Part shown: in pieces, positions 15,881 through 31,300 of the stretch
Position numbering within the stretch: the first letter of the stretch is position 1
Layout: each line of letters opens with the position of its first letter
Origin: the human T2T-CHM13v2.0 reference genome, Homo sapiens
Length of the DNA: 64,000 bases
Assembly (NCBI RefSeq): GCF_009914755.1
Contig: NC_060930.1
Reading direction: 5' to 3' (one strand)
The notes under the pieces: model-generated
Database searches by the model: none
Seen by the model: only the letters and a program-made list of their open reading frames with translations
Told to the model about the DNA's origin: nothing
Made by a program: the position numbers and the translations under genes

Positions 15881-16692
15881 ATGTATGCAAGGTTTGATAT
15901 CAATGAGAGCTTTAAATGAATTTAAGCTTGTTTGGAAAGACAAGTAACCTGCAATCTCTCCTTCTCTGCCATTTTAACTGCCTTTGAACAACACATGTCT
16001 GTGACGATGTATCTATGAAAATACATCTATTTTGCATGGTCTTCTTAAACCCCACAATGGATACTCTGAAACTAACTCAGTGTTTGATCATGTATTATTA
16101 AATGTCAAAGGAATGATTAAATGAATGCATCTCCAACTCTACTCACTTATCATTAAAACGTTCATCAACGGAGGGATAGTCAATCTCACTAGTTTCAGAC
16201 TGAAAGCCGACTACTTTCGGCTCAGGAACTGCAAGGGAGCATGATCATCAGTCTTGCATTGATCCCAACAAGCATCATCCTAGTTATGCTGATTAGAGTA
16301 TATCTGGGAGATCTTATAAAGAATGTTCATATTATAATTTGCAAATGCTATGTGCCAACTTTCAACCACAGTTTCCAGAAGGAATTTCATGGCAAATTTC
16401 TGAAAGAGTGGCAGCTTTGAGATATGTGGGAGAAAGAAGTTAACTCTAAACCTTTAGCTGGCTTAAATTCCCAATTCAGAAATCTTCAAGCCCCAAAATA
16501 CCCTGAGTGCTATTTCTTATAATTACTATTAATAAGACTTTCACTTATGTAAGGATTCCTCATTGAAATAATTCAAGGCACACTTTTAAACAACAAAACA
16601 TTGTAAAGTGGGCATCTTTGTATTAAATTCCTATTCCTATTTTATTTTAGGTAATAAGTATTCAAATTTTGGTGAACCCTATACAACAATAA

Positions 16693-16811
16693 CTACCATT
16701 TAGTGAGCTCCTCTTATGTGCTTGGAATGCACTATTTATAAACTCATAAGTTGGGAACATCATATTAATTACATTATTCATCTTCTAAGCTCACTACAAA
16801 GAACAGGTTTC
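16693..16811 (+). repeat. 119-bp direct repeat, copy 2 (probable donor)
   Basis: Same sequence as 15635-15753, in unique/MIR-like context. Confidence 0.95.
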
Positions 16812-19783
16812 TAATCATTATAATAAATGGAGAAATATGTCACCTAAATAAAAGAATGGATGGGTGATATTGAACACAGAATATCTGCAATGCACTTCTT
16901 TTCCCCAAAGGAACCCAGGAACCCAGATGAAAATCCAAGGCTCTCTGACTGCAGAAACGGAGCTGTCAGTCACCACCTAGAAATCTCTCCCCAAAAATAA
17001 AAGTGTAAGAGAAAGAAAGGCATTATCAAAGAATCTAGGAAGTCCTTGTATGAGAAACTAGCACTAAATAATTCACTTTTTGAGATAGTTTGAACATATT
17101 TCTAACTCTAAATAAAGGGAAATACTTGGTCATAAGAAAAATGACCTCTGTGTATTAAATGTCTAGTTTGTGCCTCGCATTTTACATTCATATCATATCC
17201 TCATTATGGACAGAGTAGCCCATTCCAATCACCCTTATTTTACTCAGAAGGAAACTCCGGCACAGCGAGTTTGATTTGTGCAGAGTAGCAAGGCCGTACC
17301 TGCCTAGCTGCCACTAAATCACAGGGAGCCTAGAACCTCCCACGAAGCAGGGATGAGCTCCTGTGTTTAATCTCAGATAGTTGAGGAGAAGACGCTTTGA
17401 GAAGCTGCATGTTTAACACTAAAGGGTGATTTCACAGTTAAAAGTCATCTTACATACACTTCACAGGAAATGGAAATGACCCCACTAGTCTGTGTACCTC
17501 TTAACACCTGAGTTCACACAAGCAAGTGCTCCATCGTTACTTTACAAGGTGACTAATTTCTTAACAATTTCACGAGGATCCCTACTTGAAATCTGTCACT
17601 CAGATTGGTGTGTCTAATGAAATGGTTTAACATCAAAACATCTATGGATAAGGACAAATAACACAGGAAAGGTGGAAAGGCGGGGGACATCGGGGGTGCG
17701 ACTGAGGGTCTCCTCTGCTTGGATGGGTTTCCTCAAAAGACTGCAGCCTCCAACAAGAGAGGGAAAATACCGGAGAGGCAAAGTTACATCTGACAACACT
17801 TAGAATTCATCTGACGGCCAGGACCCGGGAGCACAGGCCTAGCCCAGACACTGGGTCCTGACGTGGCCACAGCCACAGCTGAACCCCCTCCATTGCCACA
17901 TCCCTCCCTTGCCAGAGATTTTACCAGATGGTGCCTAGTAAAAGAATTTTAAAACTTCTAGAAGATCAAGCTTTCCAAATGGCTCTTTCTTAACAGAAAC
18001 TTTCTAGTTTCACGAACAAAATCACAGATGAACATGCTAGAGCTTCGTAAAGCTAGGCAGCTTTCCGGGCAGTGCTGGGTGATCGCAGTGGGTCTGCGTC
18101 TGGGCCCCTCCTTCTAAGACCGAGCCTCGGGGACGGGAAAGATGCACAGCTGCTTCAGGAGCATTTCACCCAGTGGGCGGGCGGCAGAGTTAGCAGAGCT
18201 GGACTTTAACAGAAGCTCCCGCCCCACCTTGCAACCTCGCTCATCAGCTCAGCTGCTTCCCCCAGGAGGTGCCAGCTCAGAGGAGGAGCCGGTGCCAGCC
18301 TCGGCCCCGGATCCAGATCCTCTGACTCAAAAATAGCCTGATTCCTATCATGCTTCCTCGCCGGCAGGGATACCACCATTTGTGCAAAATGTTTAGGTAC
18401 ACATTTCACACATATAGACTCATTAAAATAGTCCACTTTATTTGGAATGTCATAGTGGAGTAAATATAAATACAGTAGGAAAATATAACCAGAACCAAAA
18501 TATAATCAGAATATAATACAATCAGAAAAATTAGAAATATAAGCAGAATAACTCAGTAGGTAAAAGCAGTTTGCATTTTAGGAGTTGGTGAAGAAAGTGG
18601 AGTGTGACTCAGAAGGTCCAATCATCCATCCTAAATTCCAGCCCTGTGTTCCAACCCCTGCATGATTCTGCCCCAATTCAAAACCATGCTGGAACGTGAG
18701 CTTGGAGACTGGAGATCCCACACACAGAAGGAGAAGCTGAAGACGCTTAGAGTGGAAAAGCGTTTTGTAAGGCGGGTCAGACACTCAACAAAGCAGGTGA
18801 AAGTGATGGAAAAATGGAGGAGCCGCAGGGGGTGGGAGGCACAGAGGGCTCCCCTTATCTTATTGTATTTTCCCTCTTTCGGTTGTGAGGACAGTCCATC
18901 CTGGTTCTAAAATCACCGTGGCCCACGCCACGTGGAACCCACAGGGCCCACAGCCACAGAGGCTGGGGTGGCACTTCCAAGACTGGTGGCTGCAATGGGA
19001 GTGGAATGTCCACCTGGCTTTGGGTCCGTGACCCTCACTAGCCTATCCCTGGAGTTCTGTAAAAAGAAGAGCCAGGACACCTTTCTGATGGGGCTGCCCG
19101 AGCTTGTTGTGGATGCGGAGCTGTTGAATTCTCCAATCCCATTCTCTGAAACGCTTGATACACGTGCTTCTCCACGTGAAGCAAATGCCTCCCTTTTTGA
19201 GATTCGTCCTTCAGTCTACTACTTAGACTTTACCTCCAGTGACACTTCAGTTTCCATGAGCTTCAATCGCTGCATTTTCAGCCCATTCCTCTCTGCATTT
19301 CTGGAGTAATTTCGGTTACTCTTTGCACAGCTCCCTCTCCGAGTCCACAGGACTCATCACAACTCGCGAGACACCACCGCCTCCAAGGTCTGTCTGTGCC
19401 TACACTTGGCGACTATGACAACCGTTAAGCGATGCAAGGTTTGGGGCGCTGCAAGGACTTAGAGAAAAAGCTCTGTGGAGACTACAGTAAAAGAGCCCAG
19501 AATACTGTTGGAGTAAGGCCCAAGTAAAGTTGTCAACAAGTCAGGGCAGATGTACCTTAAATGGACCCCCGCCTGGTGGGAAGGCTGGGCTGGGGCTGGC
19601 AGGCTTGGGTTGCCCCTGCCTCGAACGTTTCCTAGCCCTGCCATCCTGGCTCAGTGCCCAGCCTCTTGCTCAAGTCCCCCCTTCTGGAAAGTAAAGCACT
19701 AACTTTTAAGGACCAGCTGAGGTGCCGCAGTGAAGAAGGTGGCCTAGGCCCCCCAGATGGTGTGGGAGCGACAGAACATGAAT

Positions 19784-19912
19784 GCACTGCCTTCCTCACC
19801 CCAGGGGGGTCCCACACGTGTGCACCGCCTTCCTTACCCCTGGGGGGTCCCACACGTGTGCACTACCTTCTTCACCCCAGGGGGGTCCCACATGTATGCA
19901 CCGCCTTCCTCA
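19784..19912. repeat. 38-bp tandem repeat, ~3.3 copies
   Basis: Unit gcaccgccttcctcaccccaggggggtcccacacgtgt. Confidence 0.92.
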
Positions 19913-20109
19913 GCTGGTGCCAGGGGACCCCCAGTAGTACCAGGAAGGCCGTGCCAGTACATCAAAGTGGCAGCCAGGATCTAATAACAATACGTAAATA
20001 CAAACAGAAGCAAGGGCACTGTTTCTCAGTTGGGTGCACTGTGATTAGAAAATAAAGTCCGAACTAACTCTATAGTTAGGAAATGACCGAATTTTTCCCT
20101 GAGTCATAA

Positions 20110-20433
20110 TTTCCTTTTTCTTTTTTTCTTTTCTTTTCTTTTTTTTTTTTTTGAGATGGAGTCTCATTCTGTCGCCCAGGCTGGAGTGCAATGGCGCGAT
20201 CTTGGCTCACTACTACCTCTGCCTCCCGGTTCAAGCGATTCTCCTGCCTCAGCCTCCTGAGTAGCTGGGATTACAGGCACGTGCCACCACGCCCAGCTAA
20301 TTTTTGTATTTTTAGTAGAGATGGGGTTTCTCCATGTTGGCCAGGCTGGCCTCGAACTCCTGACCTCAGGTGATCCACTCTTCTCAGCCTCCCACAGTGC
20401 TGAGATTACAGGTGTGAGCCACTGTGCCTGGCC
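20110..20433 (-). mobile_element. AluS (Sx/Sz)
   Basis: Antisense Alu; TSD cctgagtcataa on both sides. Confidence 0.93.
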
Positions 20434-23400
20434 CCTGAGTCATAACTTAAAGTATGTTTTTGTAATATGTTTCATGGACACTTAAAAGGTAAGTATAATC
20501 TATTTTCAGGGTGTGGATTTCTCTCTTTCTCTGCATATATGTCATACACATGCACATGTATGGACATATGTATGTATGAGTATATCAAATATGCTATATT
20601 AAGTGTGTATGTGTGTGTGTATATAAATATATTTGCCTCTGATTTGTGGTATCCTAACAGCAATGAGTTAAAGTTTCCTAACTTTGTAATACTTTTTCTT
20701 CTTGTATTTTCTGCAGTTTTTGCTTCATAAATTTTGACGCTGTTACTTGATTTATGGAGGTCCACGGCAGCTAGCTCTTTGTTGTAGACTGTGCCTTTAT
20801 CATTATTCTAAGGGCCCTTAACATTTCTTTGTTGAATTTAACCTTGCTTGTTATTCATATTGAAAACTGATATTAAAAAAAAAAACACCAAAATCCTTTT
20901 ATACCAGACTTTTTGAGTTACTCTTTCACAGACACATTATTTAAGGTGCATTTCTTAATCCAAGTGGGTCATTTTTGCTTCTTCCCGCCATCTGAGAACT
21001 TTGTGAGGTGTGCTCACCCCACTTATGCTTTGTGACACGGCCACGGCCTCAGCTTTGTCACCATACGTCACCGCACAGGTCCTGGTTTTCCTGCCGCCTG
21101 TTTCTAATCTGTGGCCATTTGGCCTGGTTTCCTAGTCCTATGCTGAGGGTGCAGGTTCCTATTCTTTTAACGTGGACCATCTGCAACTGGTTTTAATTTA
21201 AGAGTTTTATGATCAAGACAAACATCTATTTCTTGATTCATCAGCTTTACACAGACTCCTGTCATAGCCTAGTCTGAAAGATAAACAAGTTAGCTCACGC
21301 CCTCCCCTCCTCTCCACTTGCATTTTTGGTTTATTAGATTATAATACTTAGTTTTTCCACCCATTCAATACCTTTGTATTCGACTTCTCAAGTTGAAATG
21401 CTCTCTACTAACTCTCTGCTCAGAGAGTTGAGGAAATGAAAACAGACTCTTCTCACCTCATCTTCCACTGTTCTAGCTTTTGTTATGTTCTCTTCTGAGA
21501 GCAAAAATGCCAAAGAATAATCCCACGTTCTTTGGCTTTAGTTTTATATTCAAATAGACTTTTTCTATTTTTCATGGTTTTTCCATTTATCCCTTGGTTT
21601 CCTGGACTGAGTAAAAAAAAGTCTTTTATTTTTTTTAAAGAAAGGCTTATGTTTTTATGTCACTCCATTATCTGATTTTTCTCATATTTAAAAATGTCTC
21701 AGTTTTCTTTCTCCTTGAAAACAACCTTAGCTCTGTATTAAATCCTCACAGATTATGTCACATGGTGTTTTTCTCTTTAAAAATTCCATTTGGGAACAAA
21801 ATGTAAATATTATAATGACAGAGACTAGGTAGGCACATGACAGAAGGAAACTGGTCTACCAGGTGCCTCTGGTCGCCACCCCTCACCCTCCCCTTCAGCC
21901 TCCTAGCCCAGCCCAGCCTCTTTCTCCAGCCTCCGAGAGCCCACAGCAGGTGGACAGCTCCAGGCAGTCAGGGGGAGCATCCCTGGGAGCCACCTCTGTG
22001 GGTGCCTCGAAGGGAGGTGGAGGAGGTGGGGCGCACACACGGAACCAAAGGAGTGTGAAAGGACAAGGAGCTGGGTGAGCCAGTGGGGGGTGGGGTGGGC
22101 CCACGGGGAGACCCTCACTCCACCTGCCTTCTCTTCAGATGCTGGGGACGAGAGTGAAGCTCCGAGTTTCTGCTTGCACAGCTTCCTCGGGCCAGCGTGG
22201 ACGTTCCCGACCTGCCCCACAGCACAGAGACTGGCTCCAGGTATGCCGGGCAGGGAGGCTCCTGGCGGCGCAGGCCCAGAGGGAAAGCAGTGTCAGCTGA
22301 GGGGTGGGGAGGAGGCAGAGGGCGCATCACTTGTGATTCCCCAGCTTTGAGAGGAGCTCACAGAGGCAGCTTTTGGGGAACCGACAGATTTACTAAATAG
22401 CACCATGCTGAATTTGAAACAGCCACGCCCCAGAAGCTGATCAGAAAAGATTGTTTTCAGGCCAAGAGTAAGATGTAAGAATGTGCTGTGAACCTTTATG
22501 ATTCTGTGAAAACACGTGGCTTTTAGGTCCTACAGAAATGCCCTTAGGCTACAATATAGAAGATTTTTTTTTTTTTTTAGTTTAAAATCTTACTTCACAT
22601 AACTACTTTGATAAATCTACTATTTATAAGCAAAGTCCTAGCCACGGCCATCTGATGTGGTAGAAGAATAAACTGAAAAGCAGACAGTACCTAGGACAAG
22701 GACAGACCAGAGGCTGACGGCTTGCAAGTAGATGTGGAAGATAAAGAAGTAGCAATCCTGGGGAAAGGGCTAAACTCCACTGGGGGAAAGTTCCATTCCA
22801 CCTCCGATTCCTAGAGCTGCAAGCAGCAAGTTGACACAACACTTAGCAAACTCTTAGTCACCTCCCGAGAGCCCAGACCCTGTAGCAGAGGCTTCTGTCA
22901 CCAATGATCATTCCCCAAGTCAGAGACATGGAAGGGAAATGAAAGAAGGACATGCATCCTGCCGCCCATGTCAGACACACGTCCCTTGCATGAAGAACTT
23001 AAGACGTTTCTGAAGTGACTCACCAACTGATCCAAAATATATAACCGTGATCACCTTAAATCACATAAACATGATCACCTTAAACAGAGAACTGGATCTC
23101 GTGTACTGATGCTGCTGGCAGCATTGGAAAGTGACTCTTACAACTTCAGTTGCGATACCGGTTTCCATAAGCTTCTGTGAATTCTTGTCAAAGCTTTAAA
23201 ACTGAACACGGCAACAACTCTAGGTGAGGAGTGTTTGGCAGATGAAACCCCTCCACCAGGGAGGTGACGGGTCTCAGGGAGTGTGTCTGGCGGGTGGGGA
23301 GGAATCCCAGGCCTGGAATCTACCGTCCTGGGTGCTGTCTCCTCCACCACGTAAGCCAAACCTGATTTCCGTGAAGAATTTCCCACTTGCACTCATGAAG

Positions 23401-23750
23401 ACATGGCCATTCCCAGGTATCTAGGTGTTCCTCCACTGATCAGAAACTTACACGACTTTATCAGAAGCACTCTGAGATGGACACTGCTGTGTTCGTTCAC
23501 CAGGACCACATATCCCAACAGTTCCCCATAACCTGGGGGTGGTTTCTCCTGAGGGCATTTATATAATTAGCAGCTAGCATCCTCTTTTTCAGGTAGCTCA
23601 TAAAGACCTGGTCCAACAACAAAACACACCTCACATGTCGTTCAACAGGCCATGGAATCATTCTGCTGATGTGTGAAAGAATTGAAAGTAATGCAGTTTA
23701 CATCATATTATTATATCGCATCTTATAATTATAGATCATACTTAAACAAA

Positions 23751-23754
<4 letters not shown>

Positions 23755-23784
<30 letters not shown>
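23755..23784. repeat. (CA)n microsatellite
   Basis: Pure CA run of about 14-15 units. Confidence 0.95.
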
Positions 23785-23785
<1 letters not shown>

Positions 23786-23889
23786 CTGTAATGCAATATA
23801 TGCTGTAATGTGTTACCAGTTCCTGAGGTTTGGAAGATGGGTCATGAAGGTTGTGATGCCTGGTGGCAGTGCTGCTCCTAAAACAACAC

Positions 23890-24182
23890 CAGGGCCAGCA
23901 CCCAGAACATCAGCACCCTCAGGTATCAGCACCCTAAGCACCGGCACTGTAATGTGCCAGCACCCTAAGGTACCAGAATCCTCAGGGACGGCACCCAAAG
24001 CCACCAGCCCCCTAAGGTACAGCACCCTAAGCACCGGCACTCTAATGTACCAGCACCCTAAGGCACCAGCATCCTGAACACCCTCAGGTATCAGCGCCCT
24101 AAAGCACCAGCACCCTAAGTCACCAGCACCCTAAAATATCAGCACCTTAAGGCACCAGCAGCCTAAACTATCAGCAACCTAA
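23890..24182. repeat. Degenerate ~16-bp minisatellite (cagcaccctaaggcac-like)
   Basis: Recurrent cagcaccct(a/c)ag units with ccggcact..taatgt variants. Confidence 0.85.
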
Positions 24183-24320
24183 TGTGGCCCCCTGGCCTGG
24201 TGCAGTGCTGCTAGATAAAGGGGTCAGGAATTGTCAAGAGGTAAAGCCACAGTTTGTAAAAAACAGCAGCTTGCAAAGCTGAAAATCAAAGGCCAGACTA
24301 CAGCTTCAGGAGCCGAGCAC

Positions 24321-24643
24321 CAGTGACCCTCTGATAGGGGTTTGCCACCCATGAATTCAACCAACTGAGGACCAAAAATATTTGGGAATAAAACCAGATG
24401 GTCATGTCCATACTAAACAGACTTTTTCCCTTGTCATCATTCCCTAAACAATATGGTATAGCAACTATTTCCATAGCACTTACCTTGCATTGGGTATTAT
24501 AAGTAATCTAGAGATAATTACAGAATACAGAAGGATGTGCTTAGGCCATGTGGAAATACCATGCCATTTTATAGGAGGGACTTGAGCAGTGCAAATTTTG
24601 GTGTCGACAGAGGTCCTGGAACCAGATGCAGAGGGGTGGCTGT
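24321..24643 (-). mobile_element. MER2 DNA transposon
   Basis: attcaaccaac, ttgtcatcattccctaaacaata, ataagtaatctagagat, gggacttgagca, gtcctggaacca. Confidence 0.8.
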
Positions 24644-25789
24644 ACTGGGGTGGGTGCTCATCTGTACGAATGGGGCGGACTGGCCAGGGTGATTCAGAAC
24701 AACGTTCCCAGGCCCAGTCACTCATCAGATCCCTGCCCCTCATGGCAGAGACCCAGGTTCCACGTGGTGTGGGCAATTCCCATGACCTGGACGCAGGGGT
24801 CCCCCGGGGTCTCGTGAGCTTCCAGGGTAAGAAACTGCTGTCCCAGGGAGCGTTGCAGTGGATAAAAAAGAGTCACCCATGGGTACATGACAAGCCTATT
24901 CTTCTCTCTTCCAGTTTGGGCCCCTTTACTCTGGTCTCTGAGCCACGTTTCTGCAGTGCCCAGGGAAAGAGTGGACGGCTTCCTTCAGCTGACTCAGAGA
25001 AGCCCTCCTCCCCGTCAGCCAGACTCACACCCTCCAGCACACAATCCAGACAAATTGCTTGACCAGAGGAAGCTGGAAATTATTAGTGTTGTCTTGATTT
25101 TACAATAGAATCTGTGGAATGTAGGATCAATACCACGTGCTTACTTTCTCACTTCTAAAAAACGGTATGGTCTCGACGCATACAGATCAGCTCTTGCTTT
25201 ACAGCTGGAGAGAGCTGGGCATGGGGACTGCCTGGAGGGGTCGGGCACCCGCCAGGCAGGTCTCATGTGGGTGATGTCCACGACATTCTTGGAAACAATC
25301 ATTTTAGTGTGCTAAAACTGGCATTTCTCAACCTGTGAGGTGTAGCTGCATCCCTCCTTTGGTTTACTTTACTTCAGCATTTACTTGGTGTGCTGCCCTT
25401 CACTAGCCAGACAGACCAAAGGAGGAAGTGACTGCTGCAAAAAGTGACCACAGGCTGACACATGGAGTGCTCCCCTGCGGAAGGGCCACCCCACAGCAGG
25501 TGTGCCAGCATGCTCTTCCCTCTCATCGCTCCCTCTAGCCCTCCTGCCAGGGCTGCTGAGTAGGGGGTAGCCTAGGCAGAGCGTGAAACAAGATTGACAT
25601 CCATCGGCCAGACAACCCCTTCCAGCTGTCACCTCTGCTGCCCATTCACAGAGCAAGCAGTCGAGGGCCCTTCATGGCTGCCTACAAGCCCTGGTGCAGG
25701 GAACGCACACTGCCTCAGGCAAACAGAGCCAGCCACAGGGAGTGAGACATCAAAGTCACCTGCCATTGCTCAGGATGTTATTTCTTTCT

Positions 25790-27140
<1,351 letters not shown>

Positions 27141-27395
27141 TATAGGTACAAAAAGAGAAAAAAATAGTACAATTAATCAAAGAATACGCAAATTTATGTT
27201 CTGGTTTTGTTAAATGGTTATCATGTTTATTTTCCCCCAATCTGGGAAACTCATTTTGATGCTGTTAAGTATGTGCTGCTATGAAGAATCTGTAGTATCC
27301 GGGTAGTCATCCGGTTGAGGTGGTTTGTTAGGTGCAGGAAAGGCAACATTAGAAAAAAATCTCAGATCATGATAATTAAAAAATAGATGTCATCC

Positions 27396-27698
<303 letters not shown>

Positions 27699-27912
27699 GC
27701 CATCCAAAGTGTGTTTTCCAATGAAGAGGCAAGTATGTTCGTTGGGCCCTACATTTATTCCTTGCAACTACAGCTAGAAGCTGCCGACTGCCCTAGTAAA
27801 GATCCCCCTAGCCATTAGAGACAATCAGCATTGGTCTTGTAAATGCAACCAAGTAGCTGATTTATGATTAAAAGGGGGAAGGAGGGGCGTGGTGGGGGCG
27901 GGGCAAGGAACT

Positions 27913-28390
27913 TGTGAGACAAAGTAACAAATGTCGGAAGCCATGTCTGTTTCTTTCTGCTTGCCAACAGCACTTCAGAAAACCCCTGATTCTGTAATGA
28001 CCTCTAGCTCTCCAGAAAGATGCTTTGAAGACAAAGCAGGACAGAGCACACAGCCCCCGGCATCTCCTGCTTGAGTCGCTCCATTCCTCAGGAGGTAAAT
28101 GACCCTGGCCTTGCCTTTTCCTACACACAACCTCTGATGAGGTTAGCCGCAATGCTTCTGTAATCTGCGACCAGATGTACACTTACGCCCAAACCTGGAT
28201 GTGAATTTGCACGGACTGAAGCTCCACCACCTAGATAGAAGTGGTGGGTGGAAACCCTGTGTGGGGCGGTCCCATGGAACCTCTCTAAAGGACTCCCCCG
28301 GGGCCATCACCTCAGTCTACAGTCCTCAGCAAAGCTCCTGAATAAAACTAACTTTAATTATTTAAAAGCCTGATTTGTTCTTTAGTCAGC
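27913..28390 (+). mobile_element. ERV solo LTR (subfamily uncertain)
   Basis: TG start (tgtgagacaaagtaacaaatg), AATAAA at ~28341 and CA end; LTR-type body. Confidence 0.65.
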
Positions 28391-31300
28391 ATTATTTAAT
28401 AAATATTCTTTCAAAGTACAAAAGTAGATGGAAAGGCCTCATAGAAATTTTTTATTAGTGGTGGCTACTGAGGAGACGGGAAGGGATGGGATTGGGGAGA
28501 AATAACAAAACTGGAATACCTTTTCCAGAGACCTTAATTCCTTTTTCTTTTCCTTTTTGTTTTACCAATAAATAAATAAATAACCAAGAAAAATACTTTA
28601 ATACAATGTGCCAAAAACAGTAACATCAACCTGGATGCTGGGAACCTGGCATCTGTTAAAGTCTTCCCGCACTTCTGTATAGCTTCATGATTCCCCCAAA
28701 ATAGACTGATAAAAATACAATTTAGAAGTATGTCTTTCCATTGGGATGAAGCATTCTCAGAAATATCTCAGAAAAGTCCACCATGAAGCCAGTGGCACAT
28801 GGGGTCTGATTATTGGAGGCTGTTGGAGAGAGCTGGGTCACCAAGCCGCACAGCCCAGGCCTTGATATTTGCCTGTCCACCTGGAGGGATGTGACTTCCA
28901 TCAGGCTACAAACATCCTGGGACAGTGAACCGGGAATCACTGAACCTTATCACATGGGCTTGCTATGGGAGTTCACATGATTTGAAAAACAGATGCCCAC
29001 TCCAAGTCCATTCAACAGCCATCCACTGCATCCAGACTGTTGAATCTTCAACCAGCATCAAAGAAAGGAGCCGCCTTTGCAGGGATTGCTGTCTAGGGGA
29101 TGGAAGCGCAAAGAAGCTCGGAGCTCCCACAGATGATGTTAGGTGCAGAGATGGGGGTGCACCCAGGGCACAGCACAGGGGCCCGGTCAGAGCCTCTTCC
29201 TACCAGAGGTGATGACAGGGGGATGACAGGGGGAGCTGTGAAGGCCACCGGAGGCTGAGTCTGGTGGAAGGAGGCAGGGAACAGCCAAAGTGAAGGCTGC
29301 TCTGGTTCAAGTTGGTGTTCAAATAAAAGTAAGTCACAACAAAACAAAAGACCTGAAGTGAAGCCTGCTGGCTTAGAGGAAATGAGGAACCGGAGCGGCT
29401 GGGGTGCAGGGTGGGAGGCAGGGGTGCACACTTATGCATTTGCCCAGTTTTGCATCGGATTTCTGGAGGTTTGGGACCCTCTTTGCAGAAGCTTTCACGA
29501 GCCTAAGGGTGAGATGCTCTGCCCCCTGTGGATCGAGCCTACCCTGTACTCAGGGCCATGCCAAACCATTGCACATCATTTTGAGCCTTCAGAACATGAT
29601 ATCAAATTATACTTGGATGTCACATTATCGGCCAGAATGGGAGTACTTTTGAAAGCCTAATAGCCTTAGGCTGCAAGAGTCCTGTGGACGGCACTGTTCC
29701 CAAAGTCACAGACCCTTTATGGACATGCAGGACTGATGCCGCCACTGTCAGTAACAGCAGTGGTGTTGGCCGTCTTGATCAGTTTATTATGTCTTGGAAC
29801 TCATCCTTGAATTAATTGGAATGTTCTTTTGCATTGTCGTCCAGGAAATTTAGAGGCCAACGAGGGCAGGATCTACTCCCAAAAAGACATAGGGACCCTT
29901 ACAGTACGAGTTTTGGGTACTAACCCCATGGCTGACCTTTCTGATCTTTCCTCATTCGGATCTTATATTCCTTCTTCTCATCTCATTTTCTTCGTCTGAT
30001 AATCTTAATTTTATCTTGTAGCATGTATGTATGGAAGCCAGTGCCAGTCTCTTTAGGAAAAAGGTTTGGTAACACGGAGGTCACTAGCATCCCTCGTGGA
30101 CAGTTTCCATGGAATGTCCCAGGCACAGGTCACATTTCAGCGGGTTCCGGAGCTCACTCTAAGTGGGGAAGTGGAGGCTGCCCTGGTAGGTGCCATCCCT
30201 AAACTGTTTGGGAGAGAAGAGGAAGAGAGAAGTAAAAGGAAGGTTTCTGCGTTTTTCTGTTTATAAAGCGGATATGAGCAGGTTTACAGGCTGAACAGAG
30301 TAAACCAATAGAAAGAGAAATGGTAAAATGAAAAACTGAGATTTCTAAGGAAACTGTAGGGTGTGGAGTAGGATCACTGCTAGGGTGTGGGAACAGAGGA
30401 CTGAGGGGTGTTGACCTCCAAAAGCAAAGGTGCATGCAAGCGAAGGGACATTGGTAAGAGGGAGGCAGGAAGTTGAGGTAAGCTGATAGATTGCTTCAAT
30501 TTTCCCCAACAATAGGATATGAGATCACCTGTTTAGAGGTTGGGACAGGCCCTGAGGGGAGAGAGGAAAGTTAGGTATGGCCCCTGAGGGGCAAGGGGGC
30601 CGAGGGCTCCTGGCAGGAGCTTAGGATTCATGGCTAGCAGCAATTCTCACTCTTCTTACTAGTTTATAACTCCCATTAGCAGAACCCGAGCACTCTTGCC
30701 TCGTATACCTGTTTCTCTCCTTAGCAGGGGTCTAAGATGTTGACATCGACCCTTTGGAGTAAGGGTTTATACTGACATGAATTCTCAACTCAAGATTTTC
30801 TCCCTAAGGGCCACCTACCCAAACGGAAGAGCAATAGGTCCTCTTTTCCATATTCAGGTGCTAGGAAATAAACGTAAGCTATCAGCAAGCCATCACCATC
30901 TTACCATCCAATGGTATATAATTACTCTGTGCTCACAAGCAGCGGCTGATATTGGTGAAGTAATTAGGAGGTTCCCGGCAATCATTTCTTTCATGTCCCA
31001 ATTAAGACACTCAGCCATTGTTCATTAGGGGTGTTAAGAAAGTCAATGAATTTAAGCACAGGTCTGTGGGGCCTGAAGCACTGCAAGAGTCACTGGGGGC
31101 GTGCTGATTTTCCCTGTGACAATGTGCCTTATTCAACATGAGAGGGAGCGTGTGTGGCTGAGGCTGGCATACCTAAGACCATGGAACTGGTGCTAAGCAG
31201 TGCCCTGCTTTATTTATAAATCACTTCCTCCTTTGGGGGTACTTAAATATTTTATAAATTTGTCTCATAAAATGTTAAACATCCTCACCTTTACCATGAC

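Noticed and set aside
28720-29660. Possible decayed pseudogene exons
   Set aside because: Translations in all frames contain stops and no recognisable protein family.
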